Shown piece after piece: positions 40,045-41,589 of a stretch of DNA of 41,589 nt. Numbering within the stretch: the stretch's first letter is position 1; the number at the start of each line of letters is the position of its first letter. A model generated the notes under the pieces. That model was not told the origin of the DNA. It made no database searches and saw only the letters and a program-made list of their open reading frames with translations. The position numbers and the translations under genes are program-made. Source of the stretch: Eubacteriales bacterium (GTDB taxonomy: Bacteria; Bacillota; Clostridia; Oscillospirales; CAG-272); contig JAZQXS010000058.1 in assembly GCA_045633025.1 (NCBI GenBank), positions 1 to 41,589 of the forward strand, written 5' to 3'.

Positions 40045-40645
40045 CTCCCTTGATGTCCTCGTTGGCCTCGGGGTTGTTCTTGATGTCCTCGTAGCCCTTG
40101 AGGATCTCGTCCTTGCGCATGGTGGTCATCCGCGCGTCCTTGATCATCTCGCTGAGCAGGAACGAGTTGGCGGCGGTCTCTTGCTTGAGTGCTCTCACCT
40201 CCTCGGTGTTCCGCTCGATGGCGTTCGTGATCTTGCTCATCTCGGTGCCCAGAGCCTTGACCGCCTCGCCCACGAGACTCCCCACGGTGCTGACCATATT
40301 CGTCACGTCGGTCTTGACCTTGCCCGCCAGCTCCACGGCGTTGTTGTTGATCTGCCCGCTGTTGGCCTTCAGAGCCGCCGACTCCTTGCTGATGGAGCGC
40401 CGTGTCTTGCGGTTGCTCACGCCCCCCGCCAGGTTCACGCCGCCCGCAATGCCGGTGATCACCGCGGCGACTACCGACTCGGGGTTTTCGGCCATCCAGG
40501 CCATAGTGCTCTCCAACGCGCCCGTGAGAGCCATAGTCTCTCCCCCCTCCGCATCACTCGCGGCGCAGGGGACGGCCAGCAGAACGGCCATGAGAGCCGT
40601 TACCATGATGACGGGCAGGATCTTTCTGATCTTGGTCTTACTCAT
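40010..40645 (-). CDS. Secreted/lipid-anchored coiled-coil protein (211 aa)
   Basis: Signal-like N-terminus KILPVIMVTALMAVLLAVPCAAS. Confidence 0.45.
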   Translation of the reverse strand: MSKTKIRKILPVIMVTALMAVLLAVPCAASDAEGGETMALTGALESTMAWMAENPESVVAAVITGIAGGVNLAGGVSNRKTRRSISKESAALKANSGQINNNAVELAGKVKTDVTNMVSTVGSLVGEAVKALGTEMSKITNAIERNTEEVRALKQETAANSFLLSEMIKDARMTTMRKDEILKGYEDIKNNPEANEDIKGGDVANEGDDQA

Positions 40646-41045
40646 TTTCTTCTCCTCCGATATTCATGTGTCCCAGGGAATCGGGCTGAATCTGCCCTCT
40701 CACGTCCAGCAGCTCCCGGGTCAGCCGCTCGATCTCTCTTGCTTGCCTGTCGATGAGCAGGCGAAGCGTCAAGGTGTTGTTGTCCACGGCAGAGTATGGA
40801 ACGCCGTGAACCATACGGGGGTTGATGATCCGCCAGCGGATCCCGCGTGCGTCCGTGTAGTGAGCGCGGACGTGGCCGATCAGCTCGGGATTTTGGGGAA
40901 GGCCCTCCTGTCCGTTTCGCACGGGAAAGCGATCGCCCTCGACGATCAGACATCCCGTGTCCGTCTCCTCGTTGATTACGGTGATCCTTTCTGTCTTGTC
41001 ATCAATCAGGTAGGCCTCATGGTTATTCAACAAATAAATCTTCAT
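40638..41045 (-). CDS. Hypothetical protein (135 aa) following the fibre gene
   Basis: GAGAGGAG RBS. Confidence 0.4.
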   Translation of the reverse strand: MKIYLLNNHEAYLIDDKTERITVINEETDTGCLIVEGDRFPVRNGQEGLPQNPELIGHVRAHYTDARGIRWRIINPRMVHGVPYSAVDNNTLTLRLLIDRQAREIERLTRELLDVRGQIQPDSLGHMNIGGEENE

Positions 41046-41058
41046 GTTGCTCCTCTCT

Positions 41059-41589
41059 TTATGAAATCTCTTGGTTCACGGTTATGATCATTTTGCTGCC
41101 GTCTGCCAGCGTATATCCGCTCACACGCATGAACGCGATATCGGCGTGAGGAGGGGCGACCCAAACATACACACCCGTTGGATTTTCCACAACAGAAGCC
41201 CAGCCGTAGGAGGAATAAGCGGCACCGTTGCCAAAAATTCCGTAGCCATTCGGGGCGGTATTCGCCACTGCTTGGCCAATATTTTCCTTACTTGCGTTAA
41301 AAACATTTATAGCATTCTCAGCGACACCATACATGGCGTTATACCCACTCATACGCACCGTGTCGCCGGCCTTCAAAGGAATAAATCCAGTGCAAGATCC
41401 TGTGGTAGACGTTCCCTCCGCGCCTCCCGAGCGAACACGATACCCGTCCTTGTATCCAAGTCCACCGTTGTAGATGGTCACCCCGTCTGCCTCGGTGGAA
41501 AACCTTGCCCAGTTTTTCATATTTTCCCATATGGTAACGCCGCCGACTGTGATCTTGTTTACCTCACCCTCGGGTATGACCAGCTTTTT
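41059..41589 (-). CDS. Tail-fibre C-terminal (receptor-binding-like) domain; N-terminus cut by window edge
   Basis: Frame is open to nt 41589: KKLVIPEGEVNKITVGGVTIWENMKNWARF... DGVTIYNGGLGYKDGYRVRSGG...TGFIPLKAGDTVRMSGY is typical of Firmicute phage fibre tips. Confidence 0.55.
   Translation of the reverse strand, partial: KKLVIPEGEVNKITVGGVTIWENMKNWARFSTEADGVTIYNGGLGYKDGYRVRSGGAEGTSTTGSCTGFIPLKAGDTVRMSGYNAMYGVAENAINVFNASKENIGQAVANTAPNGYGIFGNGAAYSSYGWASVVENPTGVYVWVAPPHADIAFMRVSGYTLADGSKMIITVNQEIS

Larger units (their letters stand above)
1..41589 (-). mobile_element. Near-complete temperate phage genome (episomal/circularly permuted copy, or tandem prophage junction); lytic genes on minus strand, lysogeny genes on plus strand
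   Basis: Canonical order repressor | early/replication | terminase-portal-scaffold-capsid | tail | distal genes | attP | integrase. Both window ends fall inside fibre-like ORFs. Confidence 0.8.

Noticed and set aside
1-41589. Exact circular closure of the window (position 41589 joined to position 1)
   Set aside because: The left-edge ORF leaves one unpaired nucleotide, while the right-edge ORF begins on a codon boundary. The frames do not join, so sequence must be missing.
41059-41589. Diversity-generating retroelement targeting the fibre tip
   Set aside because: There is no reverse transcriptase gene and no template/variable repeat pair visible anywhere in the window.

Overview
The window is almost entirely one temperate tailed-phage genome from a GC-rich Firmicute-like background. 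Taxon is inferred from sigma-A promoters, AGGAGG ribosome-binding sites (RBSs) and a Prp/L27-type motif.

Gene order:
- Nearly all lytic genes are on the minus strand: early/replication module 31329->21446, then late module 21161->1, continuing from 41589->35497.
- The lysogeny module is on the plus strand: XRE-type repressor 31703-32038 and HTH protein plus tyrosine integrase 33702-35188.
- An attP-like site follows, whose core is the last 25 nt of a tRNA (35338-35362).

Most notable content:
1. A 3,026-aa ORF (21.8% of the window) sits in a T7-like adaptor/nozzle/internal-protein/fibre order. No tail-tube, sheath or tape-measure genes are visible.
2. A phage-encoded Prp-like cysteine protease, with LQFFA/LQLFA motifs at the N-termini of the scaffold and major capsid proteins.
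3. An HUH rolling-circle Rep, plus an intergenic cloverleaf ending in a phiX174/pC194-like CTTGATAT nick motif.
4. A complete type III toxin-antitoxin (ToxIN/AbiQ-like) cassette with 36-nt RNA repeats, bracketed by identical 26-bp terminators.
5. A small promoter-to-terminator RNA unit.
6. A distal cluster of low-complexity G/Q/N/C-rich and membrane proteins with no recognisable endolysin.

All functional calls rest on motif recognition by eye and gene order. No searches were run.
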